This document shows positions 1 to 10,375 of a stretch of DNA of 64,000 nt, piece after piece (within the stretch, counting starts at the first letter, position 1; each line of letters opens with the position of its first letter). The translations under genes were made by a program, and so were the position numbers. The stretch lies in IMG/VR virus record IMGVR_UViG_3300042691_046823. One strand, given 5' to 3'. Under the pieces are notes generated by a model that worked only from the letters and a program-made list of their open reading frames with translations, did not search any database and had not been told where the DNA came from. The stretch is from a virus.

Positions 1-32
1 CCTCAAAGCCGGACAAACTTTGGCTAAACCCA

Positions 33-61
33 TTGACAAATCTAAATAATGATAGTAAACT
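33..61 (+). promoter_or_regulatory. sigma70-like promoter with nested TAAATA late motif
   Basis: TTGACA(33-38)-N17-TAAACT(56-61); TAAATA at 43-48. Confidence 0.65.
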
Positions 62-84
62 TTTAAAATCACTGGAGAACTTAC

Positions 85-816
85 ATGAGAGATTATCTTT
101 TAGACTTAGTTGAACACACCTATGATCTTGGTTGCATAGACCTGATCAAAATCACTGGCACAGACAAAGAGACTGTGATCGATGGCCTGGCTGAAGATCG
201 TTCGGTCGTGGTACAAGGCAAGTTTCTTAAACCTGTGCCTGAATTCATTGGCACATTTGGCATGCCAAATCTCAGCAAACTCAAGATCTTGCTAAACATC
301 GCTGAGTATCGCGAAAACGCTGATATCTCTGTCACGAGACAAGAACGCAATGGAGAACAAGCACCAGTGGGTCTGCATTTCAAAAACACCGTGGGGGATT
401 TCAAAAATGATTATAGATTCATGTCTTCTGAAATCGTCAGCGAGAAATTAAAGACAGCCAAATTCCGTGGCGCTACCTGGCACATCGAGTTTGAGCCCAC
501 TGTGGCTGGCATCCAGCGATTGAAGATGCAAGCCCAGGCCAATGCCGAGGAAAACAATTTTCAGGCCAAGACTGATAAAGATACGCTGAAGTTTTTCTTT
601 GGTGATCATTCTACCCATGCTGGAGAATTCGTGTTCCATACCGGTATCACTGGCGCATTGAAACGTGCCTGGTCCTGGCCAGTGAAACAAGTGATCTCTA
701 TCTTGGATCTTACCGGAGACAAGATCGTGCGCATTTCAGATGATGGTGCCGCACAGATCACCGTGAACTCGGGCATCGCTGAATACAACTATATCTTGCC
801 AGCACAAAGCAAGTGA
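85..816 (+). CDS. putative DNA polymerase sliding clamp (gp45/PCNA-like)
   Basis: 243 aa, clamp-like size and beta-rich pattern, C-terminal YNYILPA; GGAG SD. Confidence 0.55.
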   Translation: MRDYLLDLVEHTYDLGCIDLIKITGTDKETVIDGLAEDRSVVVQGKFLKPVPEFIGTFGMPNLSKLKILLNIAEYRENADISVTRQERNGEQAPVGLHFKNTVGDFKNDYRFMSSEIVSEKLKTAKFRGATWHIEFEPTVAGIQRLKMQAQANAEENNFQAKTDKDTLKFFFGDHSTHAGEFVFHTGITGALKRAWSWPVKQVISILDLTGDKIVRISDDGAAQITVNSGIAEYNYILPAQSK

Positions 817-2333
817 TTGAACAAGACAACCTCACAGCCAAACAGCAGGACTATGCTATATTCCTGCCGGCTATATCCAGCTTCTATGCTTCATATGTGG
901 GACGGCAAAGGACTACGCCATATGTAGAACAGAGCCGCATGCCTCCGGCCATGCCCGACATGGAATCAATGAACTGGTTGAATCCACAACAAGGCCTGTT
1001 TCCTTATCGCTGGAGTCTGTATTCAGCAGGGCATGCCAATCTCGATCTCAACAAACCCGATCCCAAAGAGGACATGGTTCGTAATAGAGATCCCAACACC
1101 ATTATGTTGGCTGACTCCGGCGGATTCCAGATCGCCAAGGGCGTGTGGCCGGGGCGTTGGGCCGATTTTACAGACAAGAAAGCCGAGGCCCAGAGGGAAA
1201 AGGTCCTCAAGTGGCAAATGGGCATAGCCACCTATGGAATGACCATGGACATACCTACATGGACCTTCCGAGATCCTGAAGCATCAAAACTCTGCGGTAT
1301 CTTCAGTTATGAAGACGCTGTCAACGCTACCCGGTACAACAACGAATACTGGATGGCCAATCGCTATGGCGAGACCAAGATCTTGAATGTGCTCCAGGGT
1401 GGTAACCATGCCGAGGCCGATCACTGGTATGATCTCATGAAAGATTATTGTGATCCAACCAAACACAAGAACCACTTCAATGGTTGGGGCATGGGCGGAC
1501 AGAACATGTGCGATGTGCATCTGGTACTTAAACGCTTGGTGCATCTCATACATGATGGATTGTTAGAAAAAGGCTGCCATGACTGGATGCACTTTCTTGG
1601 GACATCAAAACTGGAGTGGGCAGTGTTGCTCACCGACATACAGCGGGCTGTGCGCAAACATGCCAATCCTAACTTTACCATCAGTTTTGATTGCGCAAGC
1701 CCATTCTTAGCCACGGCCAATGGGCAATTGTATCACAGCATTTATACTGACAACAGAAGCAAATGGTCTTATCAGATGGCGCCCACAGCAGATGATAAAA
1801 AATATGCATTAGATAATCGTTCGTTCCGAGATGCAGTGTTAGCGGATGATATTCACAAATCCTTTGAAGATTCTCCAATTTCTCAAAGATTACGCATCAG
1901 AGATGTGTGCGTGTACAAACCAGGTGATGTAAACAAGATCGGCAAAGAAGGCCGCACGTCTTGGGATTCATTTTCTTATGCTTTGATGATGGGACACAAT
2001 GTGTGGATGCACATCGAAGCAGTGCAACGAGCCAATCGAATGTACGATCAAGGCATCTGTCCAGACATGATGGTACACCCAATCGATCCAGTTTATGATG
2101 CACGACGTGTGATCGATCGAGTTTTTGCCGCGCGAGATCGCTCAAAATCATTGGCCATAATCGATGAACATAGTAAAATATGGGAACGCATAGTTGGTAC
2201 TCGAGGATTTACTGGCAAAAGAGTTTGGAGCGCCACTCCTATGTTCAACTCTTTGTTTGATTTTGATCAACCCCAGATTGAAGAAGTAGATCTGGATCCT
2301 GCAAAACTTGAAGCGTTAGAGGACAGCGTGTGA
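813..2333 (+). CDS. dpdA: TGT-fold transglycosylase, DpdA-like (7-deazaguanine insertion into DNA)
   Basis: DSGGFQ, HFLG and SFDCAS motifs of the TGT family; clustered with folE/queD/queE. Confidence 0.75.
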   Translation: MIEQDNLTAKQQDYAIFLPAISSFYASYVGRQRTTPYVEQSRMPPAMPDMESMNWLNPQQGLFPYRWSLYSAGHANLDLNKPDPKEDMVRNRDPNTIMLADSGGFQIAKGVWPGRWADFTDKKAEAQREKVLKWQMGIATYGMTMDIPTWTFRDPEASKLCGIFSYEDAVNATRYNNEYWMANRYGETKILNVLQGGNHAEADHWYDLMKDYCDPTKHKNHFNGWGMGGQNMCDVHLVLKRLVHLIHDGLLEKGCHDWMHFLGTSKLEWAVLLTDIQRAVRKHANPNFTISFDCASPFLATANGQLYHSIYTDNRSKWSYQMAPTADDKKYALDNRSFRDAVLADDIHKSFEDSPISQRLRIRDVCVYKPGDVNKIGKEGRTSWDSFSYALMMGHNVWMHIEAVQRANRMYDQGICPDMMVHPIDPVYDARRVIDRVFAARDRSKSLAIIDEHSKIWERIVGTRGFTGKRVWSATPMFNSLFDFDQPQIEEVDLDPAKLEALEDSV

Positions 2334-2533
2334 TGTATGAAAATCGTATCACCCATTTAGAAAAGCAACACGAAGCACTGGACAAGCAGATCGATACCAT
2401 GGAACGTACCGGTCACTTTGGCGACATGGATCTGCAGTACCTCAAAAAGAAACGACTACAGATACGTGATGAACTGGCAGACCTGCGCCGCAGGCAACAT
2501 GAACATGATCAAGAAGTAGGTGATGATGAATAG
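2333..2533 (+). CDS. small coiled-coil protein (YdcH/DUF465-like)
   Basis: HEALDKQI...LKKKRLQIRDEL pattern. Confidence 0.6.
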   Translation: MYENRITHLEKQHEALDKQIDTMERTGHFGDMDLQYLKKKRLQIRDELADLRRRQHEHDQEVGDDE

Positions 2534-3035
2534 ATCCGGACACGAATCAGCAGAGTTTTTCTTTGGTAACGAAGTAGAACACACTCCTGCACATGGCATG
2601 CCTACACTGTTTGTCATAGGTTATCAACAGCAGGCAGACATAGAGCAAACATTGAATCGTTGCCTTGGTGTCAAACACATCTTTTTCGGTGCCAATGACA
2701 GCTATCAGCCACGTACTCCTGCCGAATACACTGCCTGGGAAAACGTGATCCTGACTTTTCTGGATCGTGGCTACTGGTGCAGCCTGGATATTCCGTTCCG
2801 GCATGTGGAGGAATTTCACGAAGGCGGACTGTGTGAACGTGATCGATTCATACCTATCATCAAGGTGCCTATCCCTTACATAAAACTATGGAATTACAAC
2901 ACCTGTGTGAAAATCGACGACAAAGATTTTGCTGCCACCAACCCCGGTGTATGGGTGCATGAATTGCGAGATCTACAATCACGCGATAGATTTACTGACT
3001 GGAGCCAATACGAAAAGGACGATGTGATACAATGA
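2523..3035 (+). CDS. hypothetical protein in deazaguanine operon
   Basis: ORF translationally coupled to neighbours. Confidence 0.6.
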   Translation: MMNRSGHESAEFFFGNEVEHTPAHGMPTLFVIGYQQQADIEQTLNRCLGVKHIFFGANDSYQPRTPAEYTAWENVILTFLDRGYWCSLDIPFRHVEEFHEGGLCERDRFIPIIKVPIPYIKLWNYNTCVKIDDKDFAATNPGVWVHELRDLQSRDRFTDWSQYEKDDVIQ

Positions 3036-3562
3036 GCGAACAACGACAACAAGCACAAAAAGAAACAGCCCAGCGCATCATGTCCGAAGCGCAACGCCAG
3101 ATCTGGGTCACGTTCCAGATGGAAGGCATCCATAAATATCCCGCTGCCTTGACAGATCCTGCTCTGGCCACTGGAGATCACTATGATGTTTCGTTCCTTG
3201 GTTATCCTCATCGTCATATCTTCCATTTCCGGGTGTGGATCGATGTGTTCCATAATGACCGGGACATCGAGTTCATCCAGTTCAAGCGGTGGCTCTTGTC
3301 ACTGTACACGCCATCCGGATCCTTGGGTACCGGCTTGTCAGATCGGTCCGTTTCCCATAATCAAGATCGAACTGGATTGGCACCGACCCATAGACTCGAA
3401 CTCGACTACAAATCCTGCGAGATGATCGCAGACGAACTATATACCTGTATCGCAGAACGCTACCCTGAACGTAGCGTCTGGATTGAAGTGGCCGAAGATG
3501 GTGAGAACGGCTGCCTCATAAAGTATGAAACTCACCGTCCCTATAACTCAGTCACTATCTAA
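3032..3562 (+). CDS. QueD-like T-fold protein (DpdL-like, candidate CDG decarboxylase)
   Basis: LGYPHRHIF (LxxxHRHxF), DIEFI, SCEMIA, EDGENG; lacks the CxxxHGH motif of true QueD. Confidence 0.65.
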   Translation: MSEQRQQAQKETAQRIMSEAQRQIWVTFQMEGIHKYPAALTDPALATGDHYDVSFLGYPHRHIFHFRVWIDVFHNDRDIEFIQFKRWLLSLYTPSGSLGTGLSDRSVSHNQDRTGLAPTHRLELDYKSCEMIADELYTCIAERYPERSVWIEVAEDGENGCLIKYETHRPYNSVTI

Positions 3563-3572
3563 GAGAAGGAAC

Positions 3573-3788
3573 ATGGCCAAACCCACGTTCAAACCCAACC
3601 CTCGAGTGCGAGCCATCTTCGAAGACCTCGAGCAATTCCAGCTTTTTTGCCAAGATTTTGGTTATCGATACAATGAGGCTGACCTATATAACTGGAAAAG
3701 TTACGCTTACCAACAGTTCAACAAGCATGTGCAAGGCAAGTTCGCCAAGGATATGTGGATACAAGACTCCAATCGCAGGAGTCGATGA
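3573..3788 (+). CDS. hypothetical protein
   Basis: AAGGA SD, 71 aa ORF. Confidence 0.6.
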   Translation: MAKPTFKPNPRVRAIFEDLEQFQLFCQDFGYRYNEADLYNWKSYAYQQFNKHVQGKFAKDMWIQDSNRRSR

Positions 3789-5005
3789 TGCGTAAGTTAT
3801 TTTATATGGGGTTAGAGTCTTACGAGGCTCGTTATACCCTACAACTCACAGAATGGAATCGGCGTGTGTTTGATCGTCGGGCCTTGGATGTGGTGTATGT
3901 GCCCGGATTAAATCTCGACAACAGCAAAAAGATCTCTGTGGGCCAGGTGTTGGATGCACACGGTCGCAGTTACTTTGCCATGAGCCAGATGATGAACTTG
4001 GTACGACTCATGCAACAAGGTGATGTCACAGCAGAAGATGTTGTGTACTTTGAAGACATGTTCCAGCCCGGTATCGAGAGCCTGCCATATATCCTGGATC
4101 AAGTGCCTGAAAATCTGCGCCCCCGGATATTCGTGCGCTGTTTAGCACAGGCCATCGATCCAGATGATTTCGTGCATGTATGGAACATGGCCGGCTGGAT
4201 GAGCACTTATGAGCGCATGGTCAACCAGATACCTAATGTGCATGTATTGGCCACCAATGAAGAAATGGTCGCCCACATGCGTGTCGCAGGCTGGACCGCG
4301 CCTATCTACAATATTTCAGGCCTGGCGTTTGGCAAATCAGAAGTGCTGGAACGAGTTGGCGGCAGTGAAAAGATCCAACCTTTTGATCAGCGTAAAATGC
4401 GTGTGGGCTTTGCCGCACGCTTTGATCAAGAGAAACAACCAGGCTTTTTCATGGACTTGATCGACATGTATCTCCGACAAGGCCGTCATCGCAACTACAT
4501 TGAGTTTGCTCTCTTCCAGGGAGGTCCTTTGAGGAGCAACAATCCCGAGTACGTGCGACGTGCCCGGGACATGTCCAATCAAGGACATCTCCATATCTAC
4601 GAGAACTTACAGAAAAATGACTACTACGCTCTTCTCAACGATACTCGTGTGCTTTTTAATTGTGCTCTACAAGACTGGGTATCTAACACAGTATCAGAAG
4701 CCGATACTCTTGGTTGTAATGTGTTATATCCTGCTTATCGCAGTTTCCCTGAAACCTTTGCCAACGATCCTGACCGACTCTATGTTCCTTGGTCGATAGA
4801 TGATGCCTTTGCCAAGTTAGAACAACTTCTGGACCGTCAACATCACAACATGGGCCTAATATCCGATTGGAACAACGGCACTGTAGATCGTGTGGTAGAC
4901 ATCATACAAGGTCAAGGTGAACAGTGGAACCGTTCGGGAAATCGTTACCGTGATCATGTACCCGGCAACAAATACCATGTGGTCAAACTTGGAGCACAAG
5001 CATGA
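3785..5005 (+). CDS. GT-B fold glycosyltransferase
   Basis: ARFDQEKQP and DWVSNTVSEADTLGC (GT-B C-terminal signature), FPE. Confidence 0.75.
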   Translation: MMRKLFYMGLESYEARYTLQLTEWNRRVFDRRALDVVYVPGLNLDNSKKISVGQVLDAHGRSYFAMSQMMNLVRLMQQGDVTAEDVVYFEDMFQPGIESLPYILDQVPENLRPRIFVRCLAQAIDPDDFVHVWNMAGWMSTYERMVNQIPNVHVLATNEEMVAHMRVAGWTAPIYNISGLAFGKSEVLERVGGSEKIQPFDQRKMRVGFAARFDQEKQPGFFMDLIDMYLRQGRHRNYIEFALFQGGPLRSNNPEYVRRARDMSNQGHLHIYENLQKNDYYALLNDTRVLFNCALQDWVSNTVSEADTLGCNVLYPAYRSFPETFANDPDRLYVPWSIDDAFAKLEQLLDRQHHNMGLISDWNNGTVDRVVDIIQGQGEQWNRSGNRYRDHVPGNKYHVVKLGAQA

Positions 5006-5955
5006 GAAAAACAGTGCTTGTCACTGGCGCCGGTGGATTCATTGGTGGAGAAACCATGTTGCGTCTCAAAGACCAAGGCCACACGGTCATTGGTGTAGAC
5101 ACTGTGGTCTGCCCAAAGAATCTTGGATCTGTGGCTGACAGATTCTATCAAGAAGATTTCAGCAACCCGTATGCCCTGGATCTCTTACACCAATTTACAC
5201 CAGAGGCCGTGGTACATTGTGCCGGTTCAAGTCTGGTTGGACCCAGTTTGGGACGACCAGCTGATTACTATAACAACAACTTCGTCAAAACAAAAAAATT
5301 ATTAGATTTCATAGTTGATAACAAAATCAACACTCGGGTGATATTCAGCAGTTCGGCAGCATGTTACGGCGAACCAGTGATCAATCCATGCAGTGAGGTG
5401 GATCCTTGTGAGCCAATCAGCCCCTATGGGCAAAGCAAACTTATGGTTGAATGGATGTTGCAAAGCTACAAGCACGCATACAACCTCGACTTTGTGGCCT
5501 TGAGATATTTCAATGCCTGCGGTGCTGACAGCCAAGCACGGCATGGTCAGAAATCTGGAGCCACTCACATCATCGCCAGGGTGTTAGAAGCCATACGTGA
5601 CAACAAAGAATTCATCCTCAACGGCGATGACTATGATACCCCAGATGGGACCTGCGTGAGAGATTATGTGCATGTGGAAGATATTGCTGATGCCCATGTA
5701 GCAGCCATGAACAAAGACATTCCAGCAGACACATATAATCTTGGTACCAAACAAGGTATAAGCAACCGAGAAGTCATAGCCATGGCACAGCAAGTGACCG
5801 GCAAAACAGTTACAGTATCAGTGGGCTCGCGTCGACTGGGAGATCCTGCCATGCTCACAGCATCATCTGATCGTTGGCAGACAGTATCTGGTACTCGACC
5901 GAGATTTACGCTCAATGACATGGTAGCACATGCATGGAATTGGTATAATCAATGA
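5002..5955 (+). CDS. galE: UDP-glucose 4-epimerase
   Basis: GAGGFIG, YGQSK, LRYFNACGA, DGTCVRDYVHV, RRLGDPA. Confidence 0.9.
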   Translation: MRKTVLVTGAGGFIGGETMLRLKDQGHTVIGVDTVVCPKNLGSVADRFYQEDFSNPYALDLLHQFTPEAVVHCAGSSLVGPSLGRPADYYNNNFVKTKKLLDFIVDNKINTRVIFSSSAACYGEPVINPCSEVDPCEPISPYGQSKLMVEWMLQSYKHAYNLDFVALRYFNACGADSQARHGQKSGATHIIARVLEAIRDNKEFILNGDDYDTPDGTCVRDYVHVEDIADAHVAAMNKDIPADTYNLGTKQGISNREVIAMAQQVTGKTVTVSVGSRRLGDPAMLTASSDRWQTVSGTRPRFTLNDMVAHAWNWYNQ

Positions 5956-6533
5956 GTTTTAGCAGTCTGTTTGATCTTGAAGACGAACTGGGTGCATACA
6001 CAGGTTCGCCCTATGTGGTATTGACAGATGGGTGTACTCATGCTATAGAGTTGGTCATGCGATGGTATCAGATTAAAAAAGTAGAATTTACGGCCTACAC
6101 TTATCTAAGCATTCCACAGACCATGCTCAACCTTGGTATTGACTACTCTCTTGTCGACGAAACATGGTCGGGAGAATATCAATTCCACGGCACCAACATC
6201 TGGGATTCAGCACGTAGGTTGGAACCCGGCATGTTCCGACCAGGACAGGTACAGTGCCTGAGTTTTGGTTATGAAAAACCTCTCAGCGTTGGCAAATGTG
6301 GTGCTATCTTGCTGGACGATCAAATCGCACATTATCATCTCAGTCGCATGCGATCTGATGGGAGAGATTTGGCAGTGAGTCCTTGGATCAATCAGGCTGT
6401 ATTCTCGCCTGGATGGCACTACTGCCCCACTCTGGAAACCGTGGCCCTGGCAAGACAACGCTTGGGCACAGTGATACCACAATGCCAAACTGTGACCTAT
6501 CCGGATTGTCGTCTAATTTCATTAAATGTTTGA
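5952..6533 (+). CDS. short DegT/DnrJ/StrS-like PLP aminotransferase
   Basis: GCTHAIEL, DSA, LSFGYEKPL..GKCGAIL; about half the normal length. Confidence 0.65.
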   Translation: MSFSSLFDLEDELGAYTGSPYVVLTDGCTHAIELVMRWYQIKKVEFTAYTYLSIPQTMLNLGIDYSLVDETWSGEYQFHGTNIWDSARRLEPGMFRPGQVQCLSFGYEKPLSVGKCGAILLDDQIAHYHLSRMRSDGRDLAVSPWINQAVFSPGWHYCPTLETVALARQRLGTVIPQCQTVTYPDCRLISLNV

Positions 6534-6558
6534 CAAGGTCTAAATAAGATCTTACAAT
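6530..6558 (+). promoter_or_regulatory. sigma70-like promoter with nested TAAATA
   Basis: TTGACA(6530-35)-N17-TACAAT(6553-58); TAAATA 6541-46. Confidence 0.7.
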
Positions 6559-6603
6559 AGCAGTAAGACTGATCATCCTCGACCATAACTCGGAGAACAT
6601 AAA

Positions 6604-7458
6604 TTGACAACATTTACATCAGAAGACCTGGAAAACTCTCTTACTGCTACCAGTAAAGATACATTTGACACACTTAAACAAAATCCGCTGGTAGCCGCGG
6701 CGCCTTACCAACCGGGTTATGAAGACGCCACAGCTTTAGATGCCATGAGTGGTGATGGCGGTTATCAAGAATCATACTTAGGTGATGCAATTCGCTTTAA
6801 AATGAAACGTGACAAAAAACGTTTTTGGGCTGGCGATAATATCAGCGACTATGTCAGCGAACAAGATAAAGAGAAACTAATCGACGAAGCCGCAGAAGCA
6901 TTTGAAACTGTGTTAGATCGATTGCTGATTGATCGTGAAAACGATCCTAACTCCAAGGGCACCGCACGACGCTTGGCCAAGATGTACTTCAACGAAATCA
7001 TGGGCGGTAGATACGATCCGGCACCAGATTGCACAGCCTTTCCAAACGACTCAGCAGACCGTTATGAAGGCATGCTCGTGGTGCGTAGTGAACTTCGTAG
7101 TATGTGCAGCCATCATCATCAACCCGTTGTTGGCGTTGCCTATATTGGCATCCTTGCGGCACAGAAATTGATCGGACTCAGCAAATACACACGCATCGCA
7201 CAATGGTGCGCCCGTCGTGGTACACTCCAAGAAGAACTCTGCAACGACATCGCCCGAGAGATCATGAAGGCCACTGATAGCAAGGATGTGGGCGTGTATA
7301 TCCAAGCCACGCATGGTTGCTGTGAGAATCGTGGCATCATGGCCCATTCCAGCCTTACCCAAACCACTGTGCTTCATGGTGCTTTCCGGTCAGATCCTGC
7401 GGTGAAAAAAGAGTTCACCGACAACATCAAATTACAGCAGGATTTTGCCCCCAGGTAA
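6604..7458 (+). CDS. folE: GTP cyclohydrolase I
   Basis: SMCSHHHQP, GLSKYTR, LQEEL, HGCCENRG. Confidence 0.93.
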   Translation: MTTFTSEDLENSLTATSKDTFDTLKQNPLVAAAPYQPGYEDATALDAMSGDGGYQESYLGDAIRFKMKRDKKRFWAGDNISDYVSEQDKEKLIDEAAEAFETVLDRLLIDRENDPNSKGTARRLAKMYFNEIMGGRYDPAPDCTAFPNDSADRYEGMLVVRSELRSMCSHHHQPVVGVAYIGILAAQKLIGLSKYTRIAQWCARRGTLQEELCNDIAREIMKATDSKDVGVYIQATHGCCENRGIMAHSSLTQTTVLHGAFRSDPAVKKEFTDNIKLQQDFAPR

Positions 7459-7505
7459 GTGCCCACTTACCGAGGTTGACCAAAAAATCGACTCCGCAGT
7501 AAAAT
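7454..7505 (+). promoter_or_regulatory. palindromic operator-like site plus sigma70-like promoter
   Basis: GGTAAGTG-CC-CACTTACC (7454-7471); TTGACC(7476)-N18-TAAAAT(7500). Confidence 0.65.
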
Positions 7506-7535
7506 AGTCAAATCACTGTAGATCCAGGAGCGATT

Positions 7536-9902
7536 ATGCAAGCAAACCCAGTTCTGCGTCCCACAATCATAGCCGTGGCCGTGGGTCTCGTATTGACGGG
7601 CTGTGGAGGTGGAGGTGGAGGAGGCTCACCATCATATCAGCGTGCCAGCACAAACTACAATGTGCCATACCATACACCCACTCGAGTTGGCACAGTACAG
7701 CCGCTAAACACTACAAGCGCCAGATACGATAACACTGCATTGTTCAGTAACAACCTATCCGGCGGCACCCAACAAGAAGTGGTCATGGTGGGACGCATGT
7801 CTCCAGTGAATGGGCAGGCCTATCACGAATACGACGTGCAGATCTTTGGTTGGGACAATGGGTCTCTGACCAACAAGACCACTTCCTGGTTCTCTGGCAC
7901 AGATAATCGCATCCAAGGCAGCGAGAGCCAGGTCAAATTTGCAGATTTCAACGGTGATGGTCGCAATGACATGTTCATTGGCACATATACAGATACCGCA
8001 GTGTATGGTCCTATGTCTGTGTTCATCAATCAAGGTGGAAGATTTTCACGCACTGACATTGCCAATGTCAACAATATCGCTGTGGCCGACAGCGCCATCT
8101 ATGATATCAACGGAGATGGCCGATCAGACATCTTGGCTTTGAGCCATAGATCAGACACCATGATCCATTTTGGGCGTGGTGACGGTACATTCCAATCCTA
8201 CACCAATCAAAGCTGGGTAGGTGGCGGATCGGGAGTATCTGTGGGCGACTTCATGGGCACCGGCGGCAGTTCTATGATAATCACTGATACGCCAGCCGGC
8301 GGCAACCGACTGTACAGTTGGACCATACAAGCAGGCCTGGATAGATTGCTGATCAACGAGATCACTACCTTGCCCACACCACGTTTCTTGTTACCTAAAT
8401 GGAGCAGCCAGGGTTTCACCAGCAGTCATGATATCCGTGCCTTGGCCTTTGACTTTGATGCATCGGGCCGGACCTCGGCAGTGATCATCAGCAGGCCAGA
8501 AAAGAATGGTACCTATCCTGCGTTCAGCGAAGTGCAGTTCCTTAAAAACCACGGTGGCGGCGTGTTCACTGACGTGACCGATACTGTCTTGGTCAACTAT
8601 GACACATCAACTCCGGCCAGTTACAATCCTGTGTTGGCCGACGTGAACTCCGACGGACTCACAGATATCGTGCTCAGCAGTCCCAACTGGGACAGCAACG
8701 CAGGCAGCCAGGTGCTGATTCATACCAGTGAGCACAAGTATGTGGCCAGTTATGCCGCGGTGCTCAAGGCCTTCCAAGATCAAGCACAGGATCTCGAACG
8801 GGCAGTCAATGCTTCGGTGATCAACGGTGCCAATGGCGTGGTGTTTGTACAAGGACCTGATGGCGCCATGTACCTGGCCACGGCAGTGACCTATACCACA
8901 AATGGCGCACAACAAAAGGCTGTATATCTCAGCAAGTTAGGAGCAGTCACGCCCAATGCCCAGGCCACGGCGGCTTTGGTCAAGCAGACCTGGCCCTGGA
9001 TGAGCGATGCCCAGGTCAATGCTGTGCTCAGCACCAGTTCTACGTCTTGGTTTGGTATGAAACTGCTGGATCCCAGCAAGGCCTTGAGTCCTGTGGGCGC
9101 ATTGAGTATACCCGTGGCCGGTGGCCTGCGCCCGATCAATGGCAGCATCACCGGAGTCAACATCGCTGGATCGGCCAATGCGATCAAGGCCGTTGACAGC
9201 CTGGGCAGAGATTTCACAGTGAATTACAGTCCAACCAGTTATAACAGCAACAACCTGTGGAATCGTTATACAGACAACATGGACGATGATGACACCAGAT
9301 CTGCGCAGGTACTAAACATGACCAGCGCCAGATATCAAAAGTTCAAAGTCAGTTCATCCAGTGACAATAGCACCATGTTCATGGGAATCACTGACATGGA
9401 TGTTTATAAAGATACCCGACTTAATCTCCAGTTTGCTCGCATGCCATTCAATCCTTATGTGCAAATATCAGGCAGTTGGGGACGTGTACAGAGTTCGACC
9501 ACTATTGAGTCTACGATCACTCATAGGCAACAAGGATGGGTAGGCAAGGTTGGGGTCATGTATACCGCAACAGAGATAGAAAAAGGTCTGGTTTCACGTA
9601 TCAATCCTATCACGGCTGTATGGACCGAAGCAGGGCATGAGTGGTCTAACTTCAGAGTTTATGGTGGCACCTTGCCTAAAGTTATAGATGGATCAGTAGA
9701 TCTTACCCTGCCAACTTCAGTTGACATCCAAGGACAGATAAGGTACAGCCAAGTCCGAGCCGATCTTATAAGCCCCACAGTTGGTTATGCTCGCATGTCT
9801 TATCATCATGACATCACGCGACGTTCACGCATGCAAATCAATGCAATGACCACATCTCAAAATCAATACAACTTATCTGTAAACTACAAAGTTAGATGGT
9901 AG
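7536..9902 (+). CDS. lipoprotein with FG-GAP/VCBS repeats and beta-barrel-like C-terminus
   Basis: lipobox LTG-C plus polyGly; ADFNGDGRND, YDINGDGRSD, ADVNSDGLTD repeats; ends YNLSVNYKVRW. Confidence 0.75.
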   Translation: MQANPVLRPTIIAVAVGLVLTGCGGGGGGGSPSYQRASTNYNVPYHTPTRVGTVQPLNTTSARYDNTALFSNNLSGGTQQEVVMVGRMSPVNGQAYHEYDVQIFGWDNGSLTNKTTSWFSGTDNRIQGSESQVKFADFNGDGRNDMFIGTYTDTAVYGPMSVFINQGGRFSRTDIANVNNIAVADSAIYDINGDGRSDILALSHRSDTMIHFGRGDGTFQSYTNQSWVGGGSGVSVGDFMGTGGSSMIITDTPAGGNRLYSWTIQAGLDRLLINEITTLPTPRFLLPKWSSQGFTSSHDIRALAFDFDASGRTSAVIISRPEKNGTYPAFSEVQFLKNHGGGVFTDVTDTVLVNYDTSTPASYNPVLADVNSDGLTDIVLSSPNWDSNAGSQVLIHTSEHKYVASYAAVLKAFQDQAQDLERAVNASVINGANGVVFVQGPDGAMYLATAVTYTTNGAQQKAVYLSKLGAVTPNAQATAALVKQTWPWMSDAQVNAVLSTSSTSWFGMKLLDPSKALSPVGALSIPVAGGLRPINGSITGVNIAGSANAIKAVDSLGRDFTVNYSPTSYNSNNLWNRYTDNMDDDDTRSAQVLNMTSARYQKFKVSSSSDNSTMFMGITDMDVYKDTRLNLQFARMPFNPYVQISGSWGRVQSSTTIESTITHRQQGWVGKVGVMYTATEIEKGLVSRINPITAVWTEAGHEWSNFRVYGGTLPKVIDGSVDLTLPTSVDIQGQIRYSQVRADLISPTVGYARMSYHHDITRRSRMQINAMTTSQNQYNLSVNYKVRW

Positions 9903-10294
9903 ATACCTTGATACAAGCCCAGGCCCAAGGCCGGGTGCCCTGGAAAGAACTGGTATTGGATCTGGGCATGGTCAAAGTCTATACTGATAAATTTCCAGTG
10001 ACCACAGGACACCGATTGTTTGTTCCTGCCCAGGACGACAATGACCATGTGGCGGAATGCTTCCGGCAGGCCTATAAATTAGGCAACTTTTTGGTCCAGC
10101 AGGGTGTATGCCAGGGATTCAACGTGGGCATGAATATGGGAAGCACAGCCGGACAGACAGTGATGTATCCGCACATACATCTCATACCCAGGAGAGATGG
10201 TGATGCACCAGATCCGGTGGGCGGGATACGGGCCGTGATACCCGGACAGGCCAACTATAAAAAACCAGATTATAAAAACCCAACAGATAAATAA
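9896..10294 (+). CDS. HIT family hydrolase
   Basis: AGQTVMYPHIHLIPRR. Confidence 0.9.
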   Translation: MVDTLIQAQAQGRVPWKELVLDLGMVKVYTDKFPVTTGHRLFVPAQDDNDHVAECFRQAYKLGNFLVQQGVCQGFNVGMNMGSTAGQTVMYPHIHLIPRRDGDAPDPVGGIRAVIPGQANYKKPDYKNPTDK

Positions 10295-10302
10295 CTTTTC
10301 AC

Positions 10303-10368
10303 AGCGGTCTTTTCGGCGTCATCCCGCTTTACAAACTCTGCCGCCTATGCTAAACTCTAACATAGGAG
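10303..10368 (+). ncRNA. candidate preQ1-I-like riboswitch variant with SD-sequestering hairpin
   Basis: P1 AGCGG/CCGCT, UC after P1, CAUC before 3' strand, A-rich tail, loop CGGCG pairs TGCCG; CCTATG/CATAGG hides AGGAG of queD. Confidence 0.6.
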
Positions 10369-10375
10369 ACATATC

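Noticed and set aside
6559-6603. Riboswitch upstream of folE
   Set aside because: Contains CATCC but no convincing P1 or pseudoknot pairing.
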